Assembly (NCBI GenBank): GCA_963822245.1
Contig: CAWGGR010000006.1
Location: forward strand, 144,779 to 208,778
Origin: an uncultured Solirubrobacteraceae bacterium
GTDB taxonomy: Bacteria > Actinomycetota > Thermoleophilia > Solirubrobacterales > Solirubrobacteraceae
Length of the DNA: 64,000 nt
Direction: 5' to 3'
Made by a program: the position numbers and the translations under genes. The notes under the pieces are model-generated. The model was not told the origin of the DNA. It did not search any database and saw nothing but the letters and a program-made list of their open reading frames with translations. Shown one piece after another: positions 48,175 through 58,702 of this stretch. Every line of letters starts with the position of its first letter. Position 1 is the stretch's first letter.

Positions 48175-48280
48175 GCCTCACCACCATCGGCCGGCGCGGC
48201 CGTCGAGCCCGGGCGGTCGAGCCCGGGCGTCGCCGCGGTCACATCGCGCGATGAAATAGCGCTGTCATTCCTACATTCGT

Positions 48281-50935
48281 TTGCATCGCCTGCCGATAGG
48301 CGAGCAGCGCGACGGGAACGTCGTCAACTGCAGGGTGACCTGTGAGCAGCACTCCGGGCAGCCCTGCGGACCGGCGCCGACCATCTCCCTCGCGGCCCGT
48401 GCGCGGGCGTTCGCGATCGTCGTGCTCGCATGCTCTGCCTCGCTCACCGCGCCGGGCGCCGACGCCGCCTCGGGACCGCATCGCAGCCACGCGAGCGCAC
48501 ACAGGCGCGGCCCGCGCGAAGCTTCCGGCGCGGCGATCTCCGAAGCTACCCCCCTGCTGACCGGCGGGCCTCCGCGCAACATCCAGCCGCCGGCGATCTC
48601 CGGCGAAGCGGTCCAATTCCAGGCCCTGAAGACGACGACAGGCGGATGGGAAGGCACCGCGCTGGAATACTCCTACAGCTGGAAGAGCTGCGACGCCGAG
48701 GGCGAATGCAGCGAACAGGCAGGGCCGGCGAACACGTACATGCTGAGCTCGTCCGACGTCGGCAACACGCTCCAGGTGACGGTCACGGCGAGCGACGCGG
48801 GCGGTGAAGCGCAGGCGACCTCGAGTCGCTCGGCGATCGTCCGCTCGGCATCCGGCGGCGTCGGCGTCGGCTGGGGCGAAGACTGGTTTGGAAATCTCGG
48901 CACGATCTACCGCACGGTCGACGAAGCGTCCCATGTCCCGATCGCCGAAGGACTCGGCGGGATCAAGTCGCTGGCTGCGGGTGAGAGCAGCGGCTACGCG
49001 CTGCTCGACAGCGGCGAAGCGGTCGCCTTCGGAGCGAACGGCCACGGCCAGCTCGGCGACGACAGCGAGGACCACTCCTACTTCGACGAAAAGAGCGACG
49101 TCCCCGTCGAGCAGGAACTGGGCGACGGGCAGATCGTGCCGTTGACGGGCATCCAGTCGATCTCACCCGCCGGCGACCACGCCCTCGCACTGCTCGAAAA
49201 CGGCACCGTCAAGACCTGGGGCAGCAACGGATCCGGTCAGATGGGCCGCGGCACGGGAGGCTTTGAACACGAAACGCACGAACGCACCGTGCTCGCGACG
49301 ACCGTCAGCTCGCTGAGCAGACACGCGCTCGCAGAACGAGGGCTTCCGGAAGTCGTCGCGGTCCAGGGCGCCGGCGGAGATGACTTCGCGATCCTCGCCA
49401 ACGGCGAGGTGATGGGCTGGGGCAACGACGAGTACGGCCAGACCGGCGTCGGGCCGCCCCACTATGAAGCGGACGGCACGACGATCGTCAAGAGCGAACT
49501 CTGCCACACCGAAGCGGGCTTCGAACGGTGCATCAAGGAACCTCGCCCGGTCGTGTTGGCGAACGGCGAACCGCTGCTCGGCGTGGCGGCGCTGACGGGC
49601 GGCACGGCGTCCACGTACGCGCTGCTCGGCGACGGTCAGGTGATGGCCTGGGGATCCAACGCGAACGGACAACTCGGTCGCGGCATGTCGGCGCCGGCGG
49701 GCACACACACACGCAACGCCCCGCCCGCGCCCGTCGTCGAAGCTGCAGGTGAGCCGCTGAGCGGGGTGCGCAGTGTGACAGCGGGCGACACGCACGCGCT
49801 CGCGCTGCGTGCGAACGGCGAAGTGGTCGGCTGGGGCGACGGCGAACAGGGCGAGCTCGGCAACGCGCCCGAGGAGGAATGCGGCGCGGGAGCGGGCCCC
49901 GACGACAGCGGAGCGCTGCGCCGGGGAAAGGGCGGAGCCCATCAGTGCGTCAGGTTCGCGACCCGCGTGATCGCCGCGGACGGGCTGCGCCCGGGACGCG
50001 CTCCGATCAGGGAAATCTCGGCGGGCGGCAAGTTCAACCTCGCCGTCGACAGCGCCGGGCGGGTCTACAGCTGGGGGTCCGACAGCGACAGCCAGCTCGG
50101 CGACGCCAGCACGAACAGCTCCGGCAGGGCCTCACCGAAGCTCGTCAACGAGCCCGGCCCGGTGATCCAGGCGGTGACCGGCGAGAAATTCGCGCTGACC
50201 CTGCTCCGCGAAGGGACGCCGACGGCGCCTGCGCCGCTCGCCATCCAGCGGCGCGTCGGTGCGTTCGATGTGACGTGGGGCTTTGCAGCGGAACGGCTCC
50301 TGTACCACGTCGGCAGACGGACGGAGCCGGGAGATCCGAGCGAACGCCCGGAATTCTCGCTCCAGGAAACCGGCCCACCGGAAGACGTGCTGCGCCCCGC
50401 GATCGAATTCCACAACCCCGAAGAAATCGCCGAGGAAGGCCTCGAGCTCAGCGCCGAGAGGGGCCAGTGGAGCGGCGAACGCCCGTTCACGATCTCGATC
50501 AGGTGGCAGCGCTGCCCGGCCGGCGTGAGCGAAGCCGGGCAACTGGACGAACAGTGCGAAAACCTTTCGCGCCAGACGCTCCAGCACGAAACCGGGGAGC
50601 GCTCGGAAGACGAGTACATTCCCGAAGCGGCCGACGTCGGTCACACGCTCCGCTTCCTCGTCACGATCAGAGACCAGTATGTTCCCGAAGGCGGCGGCGC
50701 GAAGGTGCGCGGCGAAGCGAGCCTCCCGTCGGAAACGACCGGCGAAGTACAGCGTGCGTCGGCCGGCGGGCGGACCGAACAGATCAAAGCGACGGCGATT
50801 CAGGAACGCCTGATCACGGCGCTCAAGGGCGAACCGCTGCGCCAGATCCCCTACGAAATCGACCTCGACCAGGGACCCGACACGCACCCGCGGATCATGC
50901 GCGCGACCCCGCTCGCCAAGGAATCGGCCGGCTAA
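48281..50935 (+). CDS. Secreted RCC1/BLIP-II-like propeller flanked by two Cys-containing Ig-like domains (start uncertain)
   Basis: WG.N..GQ.G and AG..H.LAL...G.V repeats; N- and C-terminal W..C...C...Y...DVG.TL modules. Confidence 0.85.
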   Translation: MHRLPIGEQRDGNVVNCRVTCEQHSGQPCGPAPTISLAARARAFAIVVLACSASLTAPGADAASGPHRSHASAHRRGPREASGAAISEATPLLTGGPPRNIQPPAISGEAVQFQALKTTTGGWEGTALEYSYSWKSCDAEGECSEQAGPANTYMLSSSDVGNTLQVTVTASDAGGEAQATSSRSAIVRSASGGVGVGWGEDWFGNLGTIYRTVDEASHVPIAEGLGGIKSLAAGESSGYALLDSGEAVAFGANGHGQLGDDSEDHSYFDEKSDVPVEQELGDGQIVPLTGIQSISPAGDHALALLENGTVKTWGSNGSGQMGRGTGGFEHETHERTVLATTVSSLSRHALAERGLPEVVAVQGAGGDDFAILANGEVMGWGNDEYGQTGVGPPHYEADGTTIVKSELCHTEAGFERCIKEPRPVVLANGEPLLGVAALTGGTASTYALLGDGQVMAWGSNANGQLGRGMSAPAGTHTRNAPPAPVVEAAGEPLSGVRSVTAGDTHALALRANGEVVGWGDGEQGELGNAPEEECGAGAGPDDSGALRRGKGGAHQCVRFATRVIAADGLRPGRAPIREISAGGKFNLAVDSAGRVYSWGSDSDSQLGDASTNSSGRASPKLVNEPGPVIQAVTGEKFALTLLREGTPTAPAPLAIQRRVGAFDVTWGFAAERLLYHVGRRTEPGDPSERPEFSLQETGPPEDVLRPAIEFHNPEEIAEEGLELSAERGQWSGERPFTISIRWQRCPAGVSEAGQLDEQCENLSRQTLQHETGERSEDEYIPEAADVGHTLRFLVTIRDQYVPEGGGAKVRGEASLPSETTGEVQRASAGGRTEQIKATAIQERLITALKGEPLRQIPYEIDLDQGPDTHPRIMRATPLAKESAG

Positions 50936-51414
50936 CCGGCCGCCCCGCCGCCGTCGCTCGCCGGCGGCCTGCGACGGCGCCCGATCTCCACGACGTGCGC
51001 GATGTTCGCCCGGTCCTCGGCGTCGTCGCTCGGCTCGGCGGCGAACCATGCGTCGAGGATCTCGCCGAGCTGAGCCTCGGATGTCGCGCGCAGGCTCAGC
51101 GCGAGCACGTTCGCGTCGTTCCAGCGCCGAGCGCCGTCGGCGCTCGCGGCATCGAGGCACAACGCCGCGCGCACGCCCTCCAGCTTGTTCGCCGCGATCG
51201 AAGCGCCGGTCCCGGTCCAGCAGCAGACGATCCCCTGCTGTGCGCGCCCGTCGGCGACGTCACGTGCGACCGCCTCGCTCGCCCAGGCCCAGCCGCAACG
51301 CTCCTCCTCGGCGAGCGCGCCATGCAGCAGGACGAGATGGCCGCGTCGCTCGAGCGCGCCCGCGAGCGACCCGGCGACACCGGTGAGCTCATCGGCCGCG
51401 AGCGAGATCAGCAC
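50932..51414 (-). CDS. RpiB/LacA/LacB family sugar-phosphate isomerase
   Basis: [34 protein letters not shown]. Confidence 0.88.
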   Translation of the reverse strand: MLISLAADELTGVAGSLAGALERRGHLVLLHGALAEEERCGWAWASEAVARDVADGRAQQGIVCCWTGTGASIAANKLEGVRAALCLDAASADGARRWNDANVLALSLRATSEAQLGEILDAWFAAEPSDDAEDRANIAHVVEIGRRRRPPASDGGGAAG

Positions 51415-51501
51415 GCACGAAGTATCACCGACCGCTGCGCGCTCGGCGAACGCGCCTGCAGTACACCCGCCGCGTGCCCGCGCGTGATCGCCGCGTGCCG
51501 C

Positions 51502-52119
51502 TCAGGCCGCGCGCGCGGCCTCGCCGACCAGCGCGAGGAACAGCCGGTGCAGACGATCGTCCTCGCTGAGCTCGGCGTGAAAGGAGACCGCGAGGATCGC
51601 GCCCTCGCGCGCGGCGACCGGGTGACCGTCAAGCTCGGCCAGAACCACCACCCCATCACCGTGCTCGGCGATCCACGGCGCGCGGATGAAGATCCCGCGC
51701 AGCGGCGGCCCGTCGATGCCGTCGACCGCGACCTCCGCCTCGAAGCTCCTGCTCTGGCGGCCGAACGCGTTGCGCTCGGCGAGCATATCCATCAGGCCGA
51801 GATGCTCGCGGTCGAGCATGATCAGCCCCGCACACGAGCCAAGGATCGGCGTTCCGCGCGCGGCGAGCTCGCGCAGCGGCGCGGCGAGGCCCTCGCGTTC
51901 GATCCCGAGCGTGATCGTCGTGGACTCCCCTCCCGGGATCACGAGCCCGGCGATGTCCCGCAGGTCGGCCGCCACCCGCACCTGGCGGGTCTCGGCGCCG
52001 AGTCGCCGCAGCATCCGCTCGTGCGCCTCGAAGCCGCCCTGCAGCGCGAGCACGCCGATCAGCGGGGCGGCCAAGTCAGCGGACAGCGCGGTCGAAGGTC
52101 GAGCTGGGCAAGGACGCAC
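51502..52119 (-). CDS. pdxT: PLP synthase glutaminase subunit (start may be TTG 52074)
   Basis: GVLALQG, PGGESTT, GSCAGLI, RNAFGRQ, FIRAP, FHAE. Confidence 0.96.
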   Translation of the reverse strand: MRPCPARPSTALSADLAAPLIGVLALQGGFEAHERMLRRLGAETRQVRVAADLRDIAGLVIPGGESTTITLGIEREGLAAPLRELAARGTPILGSCAGLIMLDREHLGLMDMLAERNAFGRQSRSFEAEVAVDGIDGPPLRGIFIRAPWIAEHGDGVVVLAELDGHPVAAREGAILAVSFHAELSEDDRLHRLFLALVGEAARAA

Positions 52120-52144
52120 CCCTTCGGGGCCATCGGCCGCGCTG

Positions 52145-53029
52145 TTACCAGCCGCGCTGGGCGAGCAGCTGCTCGCCCTCGAGCTTCGAGCTCTCGAGGC
52201 TCTCCATCGCCGGCCCGAGCCCGCGCGAGGCCTCGGCGACGCGCTCGGAGTCCTGCCAGTGGGTGGTCGCCTCGACGATCGCGCGGGCGCGCGCGGGCGG
52301 GTCCTCCGACTTGAAGATCCCGGAACCGACGAACACGCCTTCCGCGCCGAGCGCCATCATCAGCGCGGCGTCTGCCGGCGTCGCGATCCCGCCGGCACAG
52401 AACAGCACGACGGGGAGGCGGCCGTCGCGTGCGACCGCAGAGATGAGGTCGAGCGGCGCGGCGATCTCCTTCGCGGCCGCCGCAAGCTCCTCACGGCCGA
52501 GCGTTGCGAGGCGGCGGATTTCGCCGTTGATCTGGCGCATGTGGCGCACGGCCTCGACGATGTCGCCGGTTCCGGCCTCGCCCTTGGAGCGGATCATCGC
52601 CGCGCCCTCGCCGATCCGCCGCAGCGCCTCGCCGAGGTTCGTCGCGCCGCACACGAACGGCACCTTGAAGTCCCACTTGTCGATGTGGTTGGCCTCGTCC
52701 GCGGGCGTCAGCACCTCGGACTCATCGATGTAGTCGACGTCCAGCGCGGCGAGCACGCGCGCCTCCATGAAGTGTCCGATCCGCGCCTTGGCCATCACCG
52801 GAATGCTGACCGCCTCCTGGATGCCGGCGATCATCTCCGGGTCGGACATGCGCGCGACGCCGCCGTCGCGGCGGATGTCGGCCGGGACGCGCTCGAGCGC
52901 CATCACCGCCGCCGCGCCGGCGTCCTCGGCGATCGTCGCCTGTGCGGGCGTGACGACGTCCATGATCACACCGCCCTTGAGCATCTCGGCCAGGCCGCTC
53001 TTGACCCGGAACGTCGCCTCGTCGCGCAT
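52145..53029 (-). CDS. pdxS: PLP synthase lyase subunit
   Basis: [39 protein letters not shown]. Confidence 0.98.
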   Translation of the reverse strand: MRDEATFRVKSGLAEMLKGGVIMDVVTPAQATIAEDAGAAAVMALERVPADIRRDGGVARMSDPEMIAGIQEAVSIPVMAKARIGHFMEARVLAALDVDYIDESEVLTPADEANHIDKWDFKVPFVCGATNLGEALRRIGEGAAMIRSKGEAGTGDIVEAVRHMRQINGEIRRLATLGREELAAAAKEIAAPLDLISAVARDGRLPVVLFCAGGIATPADAALMMALGAEGVFVGSGIFKSEDPPARARAIVEATTHWQDSERVAEASRGLGPAMESLESSKLEGEQLLAQRGW

Positions 53030-53098
53030 GCCCCTAGTTTGACATCCCCGCGGGCACGGCGGCGGGCGAGCGAGTTTTGCCGCGCGCGAGCCGGCGCG

Positions 53099-53551
53099 CT
53101 AGGTGAGCTTGCGCGTGAACAACACGCGCGGCTCGCCCGTTGCCGTGTAGCCGGCGATCTCGCGGGCGCTGAAGCCGAGCGCACGGTGAAACGCGATCGA
53201 GCCGCGATTGTCCGCGCGCGTGATCGCCTTCAGCGATCGCGCTCCGCGCGCGTGGGCAAGGCCCTCGAAGTCCGCGTACAGCGCTCGCGCCAGCCCATCG
53301 CCACGTCGATCCTCGCGGACGGCTACGACATGGATGTAGCCGGTCCGCGTGGGACCGACGAAACCCAGCAGATATGCGAGCACGCCGCCCGCGCCGCGGA
53401 TCACGCGCGCCGTGTCGCCGAACTCGTGGACGAACAGCGCGTGATGCAGGCCGAGCACCTCGCGCTTGCCCCAGAAGTCCGTCAGCGCGGCGACGATCGC
53501 CTGCAGGTCCGCAATCGTCGCCGGCTCGGCTGCATGGGTCTCCGTCGTCAT
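53099..53551 (-). CDS. GNAT acetyltransferase
   Basis: YIHVVAVREDRRGDGLARALY, NRGSIAFHRALGF. Confidence 0.88.
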   Translation of the reverse strand: MTTETHAAEPATIADLQAIVAALTDFWGKREVLGLHHALFVHEFGDTARVIRGAGGVLAYLLGFVGPTRTGYIHVVAVREDRRGDGLARALYADFEGLAHARGARSLKAITRADNRGSIAFHRALGFSAREIAGYTATGEPRVLFTRKLT

Positions 53552-53979
53552 CCGCCGAGCAGGCCGGACACGCCGGCGCGGTTCGGGATGATGTGCGCCA
53601 GCTCGTCGATGCCCGCGAAGGCGGCATCCGCCGAGATCACAGCGCTGATCCCGGCACCGGCCGCCGATGCCGCCAGAACGGCGTCGAACGCGCCCAGGCT
53701 CTCAGAGCGCTCGAACAACGTGATGCCTTCCTCGAGACTCCGAGCGTCGGGGCTGATGAGCGGCGCGAGCAGGGCCGCATAGTCGCGCCCGAGCGCAGCC
53801 GCGTCGGCCCGGCCGCGGCGACGTGCGCGGACATGCACGAACTCCTGGATGACCTCGACCGTCGTCGTCGCCTCGAGATCACCGCGGGCGATCGCATCGA
53901 TCAGATCGCGGCACGGCCCGCGCAGCGGGTGGTCCTGCCCCTTTGCGTAGACGAGGACGGTCGTATCGAGCAGGATCAT
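53548..53979 (-). CDS. vapC: PIN-domain toxin
   Basis: MILLDTTVLVYA, EVIQEF, DAVLAA, ISAD. Confidence 0.92.
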   Translation of the reverse strand: MILLDTTVLVYAKGQDHPLRGPCRDLIDAIARGDLEATTTVEVIQEFVHVRARRRGRADAAALGRDYAALLAPLISPDARSLEEGITLFERSESLGAFDAVLAASAAGAGISAVISADAAFAGIDELAHIIPNRAGVSGLLGG

Positions 53980-54230
53980 GCGCGGCGGGCGCGCAGCGAG
54001 TCCAGCTCGGTGCGCAGCTCCTGCGGGTCGGGCACCGCCATATCCGGCGCCGCAAGCAGACGGGCGCCGGCAGCGCGACGCGTTCCGTCGGCGCTTGCCA
54101 GGCCTCGATCGATCGCCTCGCGAACGACCGTCGCGATCGACACACCCCGCTCCCGCGCGGCAGCCGAGATGCGGCGGTGGCGCTCGTCGTCGATCAGGAT
54201 CTGCAGTCGATGGTCCAAGGGCATGAGCAT
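53976..54230 (-). CDS. vapB: CopG/RHH-like antitoxin
   Basis: RLQILID...AARERGVSIATVVREAID; 4-bp overlap with vapC. Confidence 0.88.
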   Translation of the reverse strand: MLMPLDHRLQILIDDERHRRISAAARERGVSIATVVREAIDRGLASADGTRRAAGARLLAAPDMAVPDPQELRTELDSLRARRA

Positions 54231-54291
54231 ACTGTAGCATGCACCGGCTCGCGGCGCCGTCTTCGCCGCGGCCGCGCGCGCGCCCGGCTTG

Positions 54292-54304
54292 TGCGGAAAA
54301 GCAC
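54292..54304. promoter_or_regulatory. Shared 13-bp motif site 1 (TGCGGAAAAGCAC)
   Basis: Between divergent vapB and the deacetylase gene; matches TRCGGRWWWNYAC. Confidence 0.55.
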
Positions 54305-54363
54305 GGCACCGCTGCCGCGGACTACGGATCGCGTACTCGTCCCGCGTCTCTAGCTTCCTGTCG

Positions 54364-55461
54364 ATGACCGACGCCCACCACGTCCCGCCCGCCCCAACCG
54401 GCCTGTATTTCAGCCATCCGCTGTGCCTGGAGCACGATCCGTCGGCTGTTGTGCCCTCGAGCCCGGATTCACCGGAGCGCGAGATCGCGATCGAGCAGGT
54501 GCTCGAGGCCAACGACTGGCTCGGCTGGGAGCGTCGTGAGGCTCCCGCCGCCAGCGAGGAGCAGGTGCGCCTCGTCCACACTGATCGGCTCGTGCGGCAG
54601 GTCACAGATCTGGCGATGCTCGGTGGCGGCGCGATCGACGGCGACACGTACGTGGGCGAGGCTTCCTTCGGAGCGGCCCTGCACGCAGTCGGTGGCGCCT
54701 GTGAGATGGCGCGGGCGCTCCTCGACGGGGAAGCCCGTCTCGGCTTCTGCGGCGTGCGCCCCCCCGGCCATCACGCCGAAGCGGACCGCGCGATGGGGTT
54801 CTGCCTGTTCAACAACGTCGCGGTCGCCGCGCAGGTCGCGATCGCGGAGCTCGGCGTCCGCCGGGTGTTCATCCTCGACTGGGATGTGCATCACGGCAAC
54901 GGCACCGCCGAGGTGTTCCGCCGCCGCCCAGACGTCCTCTATACGAGCATCCACCAGGCGGGCCTGTTCCCGGGCACCGGGCAGCTGAGCGACGCCGGCT
55001 CGGGCCCGGGCGAGGGCTACACGATCAATCTCCCCGTCCCCGCCGGCTCAGAAGAGGATCTGTGGCTGTCGCTGATCGAGCACGTCGCCCTGCCCGCCGC
55101 GCAGGCGTTCGCACCCGAGCTGATCCTCGTGTCGGCGGGATTCGACGCGCACCGCGCCGACCCGATCGGCGGATGCCGCCTCGACTCGAGCTCGTTCGCG
55201 GAGATGGGCAGGCACGTGCGCGACCTCGCGGAGGCGCTCGACATCCCGCTGGGAATGGTGCTCGAGGGAGGCTATGAGCCGAGCGCGCTCGCGGACTGCG
55301 TGGCCGGGACGCTGCGGGCGCTCAGCGACGGCCGGCCCGCGCATTCGGCGGCGCCGGAGCCTCTGTTGACCTCCCGCGCGGCGTCCTATGTCGGGCACTA
55401 CTGGCCGCTCGAAGGCGGCCGGGTAGTTTCCCGTACCCCGTCGGCGGCTGAGGCCGGATGA
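54364..55461 (+). CDS. Zn-dependent histone deacetylase family (AcuC/AphA-like) protein
   Basis: RPPGHHA, MGFCLFNN, DWDVHHGNGT, SAGFDAH, LEGGY. Confidence 0.95.
   Translation: MTDAHHVPPAPTGLYFSHPLCLEHDPSAVVPSSPDSPEREIAIEQVLEANDWLGWERREAPAASEEQVRLVHTDRLVRQVTDLAMLGGGAIDGDTYVGEASFGAALHAVGGACEMARALLDGEARLGFCGVRPPGHHAEADRAMGFCLFNNVAVAAQVAIAELGVRRVFILDWDVHHGNGTAEVFRRRPDVLYTSIHQAGLFPGTGQLSDAGSGPGEGYTINLPVPAGSEEDLWLSLIEHVALPAAQAFAPELILVSAGFDAHRADPIGGCRLDSSSFAEMGRHVRDLAEALDIPLGMVLEGGYEPSALADCVAGTLRALSDGRPAHSAAPEPLLTSRAASYVGHYWPLEGGRVVSRTPSAAEAG
55423..55435 (+). promoter_or_regulatory. Shared 13-bp motif site 2 (GTAGTTTCCCGTA)
   Basis: 40 bp upstream of the GNAT start, inside the 3' end of the deacetylase ORF. 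Confidence 0.65.
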
Positions 55462-55474
55462 CACCCTCCCGCAC

Positions 55475-56092
55475 GTGAGCGATCCTGGCCCCATCGTGAA
55501 CGCCACCGCGATCTCCTCGCCACGCAGCACGGACGCAGCCGCGGGCTGCGAGCCGGTTGAGCTGTTGCGCCTGCGCGACGGCTCGCAGGTGACGCTGCGC
55601 CGCGCGCGCGAGGCGGATGAGCCGGGATTGCACGTGTTCCTGCATGACCTTTGCCCGGAGGCCCGTCGGCTGCGCTTCTTCAGCGCCGCGGTCGACCTCG
55701 ACGGCGCGGCGCACTCGGCGGCCGACACCGGTTCGGGCCGCTACGGGCTGATCGCCACCGACGAAACGGGCGAGATCGTTGCGCACGCGGTGTTCATCCC
55801 GCTTGACGCGACGCGCGCGGAAGTCGCGGTCGAGGTCGCAGACCACCTGCACGGCCGCGGCCTCGCCACGATCCTGATCGAGCGCCTGGCCGAGGTCGCC
55901 GAGACGCGCGGCATCACCCGCTTCGTCGCCGAGGTGCTGTGTGAGAACCGCGCGATGCTCGATGTCTTCCGGGAGGGCTTCGACGGGCGCGTCGCGCACC
56001 GTTGCGGTCCCGAGGAGAGGATCGAGTTTCTCACCTCCGGCTGGCGGCTCGCACGCGAGCGTTTCAAGCCGTTCGGCAGCAGCGAGGGGTAG
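55475..56092 (+). CDS. Stand-alone Pat-type GNAT acetyltransferase
   Basis: LRDGSQVTLRRA...RRLRFFS...AEVAVEVADHLHGRGLAT...AEVLCENRAM, as in GNAT domains of Pat-type protein acetyltransferases. Confidence 0.85.
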   Translation: MSDPGPIVNATAISSPRSTDAAAGCEPVELLRLRDGSQVTLRRAREADEPGLHVFLHDLCPEARRLRFFSAAVDLDGAAHSAADTGSGRYGLIATDETGEIVAHAVFIPLDATRAEVAVEVADHLHGRGLATILIERLAEVAETRGITRFVAEVLCENRAMLDVFREGFDGRVAHRCGPEERIEFLTSGWRLARERFKPFGSSEG

Positions 56093-56094
56093 CC

Positions 56095-57033
56095 GTGTTC
56101 GCCAAGACGATCGTCGCGTTTGACGGTTCTGAGCGGAGCCTCGAGGCGCTGCTGCTGGCCGAGGCGCTGGCCGATCCGGGCGGCGAGCTGATCGTCTGCT
56201 GTGTTCACCGCTACGACGCGCTGGCGGCGCGCATCGACCCGACCGAGCCGAGCGTCGACCGGGACGCGGCGGAGAGATCTGTGCGGGATGCGACATCGCG
56301 GTTGACCCGAGGCCTCGCCGTGACTCCCGTGCTTCTGCCCGGGGCCAACGCTTCCGCGGTATTGCAGAGGATCGCTGTCGAGCGCGACGCGGAGCTGATC
56401 GTGCTCGGCTCATCTCACCGCGGCGCGCTTGGCCGGGTGCTGATCGGCAGTGTCAGCGAGGAAACGCTGCACGGAGCGCCCTGCCCGGTCGCGGTGGCCC
56501 CGGTCGGCGCTGAGGGCACGCCGCCACGGCTCCGCCTGGCGCGAATCGCGTTCGGCTGCGACGTCGTCGAGCCGCTGCCCGGCGCGCTGGCGGCCGCGGT
56601 CGCGCTGTGCGTGCAGACGGGCGCCGCGTTGCGCGTCATCGCGGTCGCGGAGGATGCCGCGGTGCAGGATCCCGAGCGGTCGACGTTGCCTTACGCGGCA
56701 ATCGCGGCGGCGCGGCTGAGTGCGGCCGAGGACGTCGCCGGCGAGCTGCTCGCGGGCCTGCCCGAGACGATCTCGGCGAGCATCGAAGTTCGCGACGGAG
56801 CGCCGGCGCAGCAACTCCTCGAGATCTCAAACGACGTTGATCTGCTGGTGCTCGGCGCGCACTCCCGCGGCGTGCTCGGGCGGCTGATCATGGGCAGCGT
56901 CTGCGACGCGGTCGTACGAGCTGCCGCCTGCCCGGTGCTCGTGATACCCCCGCGAACGGGCGCAGATCAGGACGTGTCAGGTGCTGATCAGCCCGCGCTC
57001 GATCGCGTAGCTGACCAGCTCCGCTCGGGTTGA
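56095..57033 (+). CDS. Universal stress protein (tandem USP domains)
   Basis: IVAFDGSE, LIVLGSSHRG...GSVS...CPV; second LLVLGAHSRG...GSV...CPV. Confidence 0.93.
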   Translation: MFAKTIVAFDGSERSLEALLLAEALADPGGELIVCCVHRYDALAARIDPTEPSVDRDAAERSVRDATSRLTRGLAVTPVLLPGANASAVLQRIAVERDAELIVLGSSHRGALGRVLIGSVSEETLHGAPCPVAVAPVGAEGTPPRLRLARIAFGCDVVEPLPGALAAAVALCVQTGAALRVIAVAEDAAVQDPERSTLPYAAIAAARLSAAEDVAGELLAGLPETISASIEVRDGAPAQQLLEISNDVDLLVLGAHSRGVLGRLIMGSVCDAVVRAAACPVLVIPPRTGADQDVSGADQPALDRVADQLRSG

Positions 57034-57651
57034 GAGCCTGAGCTTCTGCTGGATGTGTGCCCTGTGCGTCTCGACCGTGCGGACCGACAGGTATAGCTGC
57101 GCCGCGATCTCGGCGTTCGTGTGCCCGAGCGCGATCAGTCGCAGCACGTCGACCTCGCGATCTGAGAGGTCATCCGGCGGTCCCGGCGGCGGCTCTGACG
57201 CGATCCGCGCGCCGAGCCTGGGGTTGAGATAGTTCTCGCCTCTGGCGGCGTTGCGGATTGCCTGCACGAGCTCGTCGTCGGCGGCCTCCTTGAGGACGTA
57301 GCCGAGCGCGCCGGCGCCCAGCGCCTCGCGGGCGAACGCCGGCTCCTGCTGCATCGTGAGGACCACGATCTGGGTCTCCGGCGACTGCTCGCGGATCACG
57401 GGGATCGCCTCGAGGCTCGAGCCACCCGGCATGTTGAGGTCGAGGACGAGAACCCTCGGATGGTGCCCGAGCACGTATCTCCTGGCGGTGTCGACGTCGC
57501 TTGCCTCGGCGACGACCTCGAAGTCACTCTCGCTCTCGAGCAGCATCTTGAGGCCGCTGCGCACGACAGCATGGTCGTCGGCGAGCACGATTCGGATCGC
57601 CTCGCCGTGTGCCGGCGTCGCCGGCGCGTCGCCTGTGTCGCCATCGCTCAC
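56977..57651 (-). CDS. Orphan NarL/FixJ-family response regulator (REC + LuxR HTH)
   Basis: LADDH, LDLNMP, VVLTM, YVLK; LSDREVDVL...GHTNAEIA..LYLSVRTVETHR; start may extend to 57711. Confidence 0.95.
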   Translation of the reverse strand: MSDGDTGDAPATPAHGEAIRIVLADDHAVVRSGLKMLLESESDFEVVAEASDVDTARRYVLGHHPRVLVLDLNMPGGSSLEAIPVIREQSPETQIVVLTMQQEPAFAREALGAGALGYVLKEAADDELVQAIRNAARGENYLNPRLGARIASEPPPGPPDDLSDREVDVLRLIALGHTNAEIAAQLYLSVRTVETHRAHIQQKLRLSTRAELVSYAIERGLIST

Positions 57652-57686
57652 CGCCGGGACGGTATCGGCTCCTGCGGCGCCAGGCA

Positions 57687-57699
57687 TGCGGGAAATTAC
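57687..57699 (-). promoter_or_regulatory. Shared 13-bp motif site 3 (GTAATTTCCCGCA on minus strand)
   Basis: 36 bp upstream of the regulator GTG; TACCGT (-10-like) lies 22 nt downstream. Confidence 0.65.
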
Positions 57700-57761
57700 G
57701 GATGTCGACACGGAGCCTCGCAGCGCCGGGGACCCGTTCCGCCGAGGGCGAGCGGCCCAGG

Positions 57762-58658
57762 CTAGGCTGCGGCCCCGCTCGTCTGCTTCGACGAGGCAGC
57801 AGCGTCATCGGCGGACCCGGGCGAGGAGGCGCGCGGCAGCACGAGCAGGGAGCTGCGTACGTGGCGCTCCAGGTAGTCGCTGGTGGTACCGAGCACGAGC
57901 CGCTTGACAGGGCCGTATCCGCGTGAGCCGACGACCAACAGGTCGAGCGCGCCGCTGAAGGTCGCGAGCTCCTCGCCTGCCAGGCCGTAGACCGCCCGTC
58001 CCTCGACGCCGGGGAGCGCGCCCATGCGCTCGTTCGCCTCCGCGACGATCAGATCCACGCTGTCACCGACCGACGGCATCATGATCCCCGTATAGGTGAT
58101 CGTCGGAATCGAGACGACTTCCAGCGCGTGAACCGTCCCCTCGATCTGCGCTGCGAGCTCGCGTGCCGCCGCGAGCGCCGCCCGGCCCTCGGGGGACTCG
58201 TTGTAGCCGACTCCGACCCGCGAGACCGCGCTCGCTCGCGCGCTGAAACCGAGGGCCGCGACCGCAACCGCACAGGAGGCACCGTTGAGTGCCGAGCGGG
58301 TGTCGTCGCCGAGCATCGCGCGACCGAGGGCGCCGTGCCTGCACGAGCCGACGACGAGCAGGTCCGCGCCCTGCTCCTCGGCCTGCTCATGCAGGCCGCG
58401 TCCGGGGCTGATCGCCTCGATACCGATGAGCTGCGCGTCCACCTGCGCGGCGTCGCGCTCCCGCTCGAGCAGCTGTTGGGCGGCGCTGCGCTCTTCTCTG
58501 ACGACGCCGGGGCTGATCGCGTGCGAGGGGCGCAGGGCGCCGCTGTAGACGTACGCGAGCGTCAGCTTCGCGTCCGGCCCCGCGAGGCGACCGGCGAGCG
58601 CGATCGCGTCACGTCCGTTGGGCCGGCCGTCGATTCCCACGAGTACGTTGTTGAACAT
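57762..58658 (-). CDS. Universal stress protein (tandem USP domains)
   Basis: MFNNVLVGIDG, LLVVGS, LLVVGSRGYGP. Confidence 0.93.
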   Translation of the reverse strand: MFNNVLVGIDGRPNGRDAIALAGRLAGPDAKLTLAYVYSGALRPSHAISPGVVREERSAAQQLLERERDAAQVDAQLIGIEAISPGRGLHEQAEEQGADLLVVGSCRHGALGRAMLGDDTRSALNGASCAVAVAALGFSARASAVSRVGVGYNESPEGRAALAAARELAAQIEGTVHALEVVSIPTITYTGIMMPSVGDSVDLIVAEANERMGALPGVEGRAVYGLAGEELATFSGALDLLVVGSRGYGPVKRLVLGTTSDYLERHVRSSLLVLPRASSPGSADDAAASSKQTSGAAA

Positions 58659-58702
58659 CACTGGCCTCCTTGTGTTTGCCCGCGCGCTGGCGCGTCGCGC
58701 GC

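Noticed and set aside
24553-48230. 14-bp tandem duplications at ~24553 (CGGCGCCGGGCGCA) and 48203 (GTCGAGCCCGGGCG)
   Set aside because: Two copies only, GC-rich and unrelated to each other; consistent with slippage.
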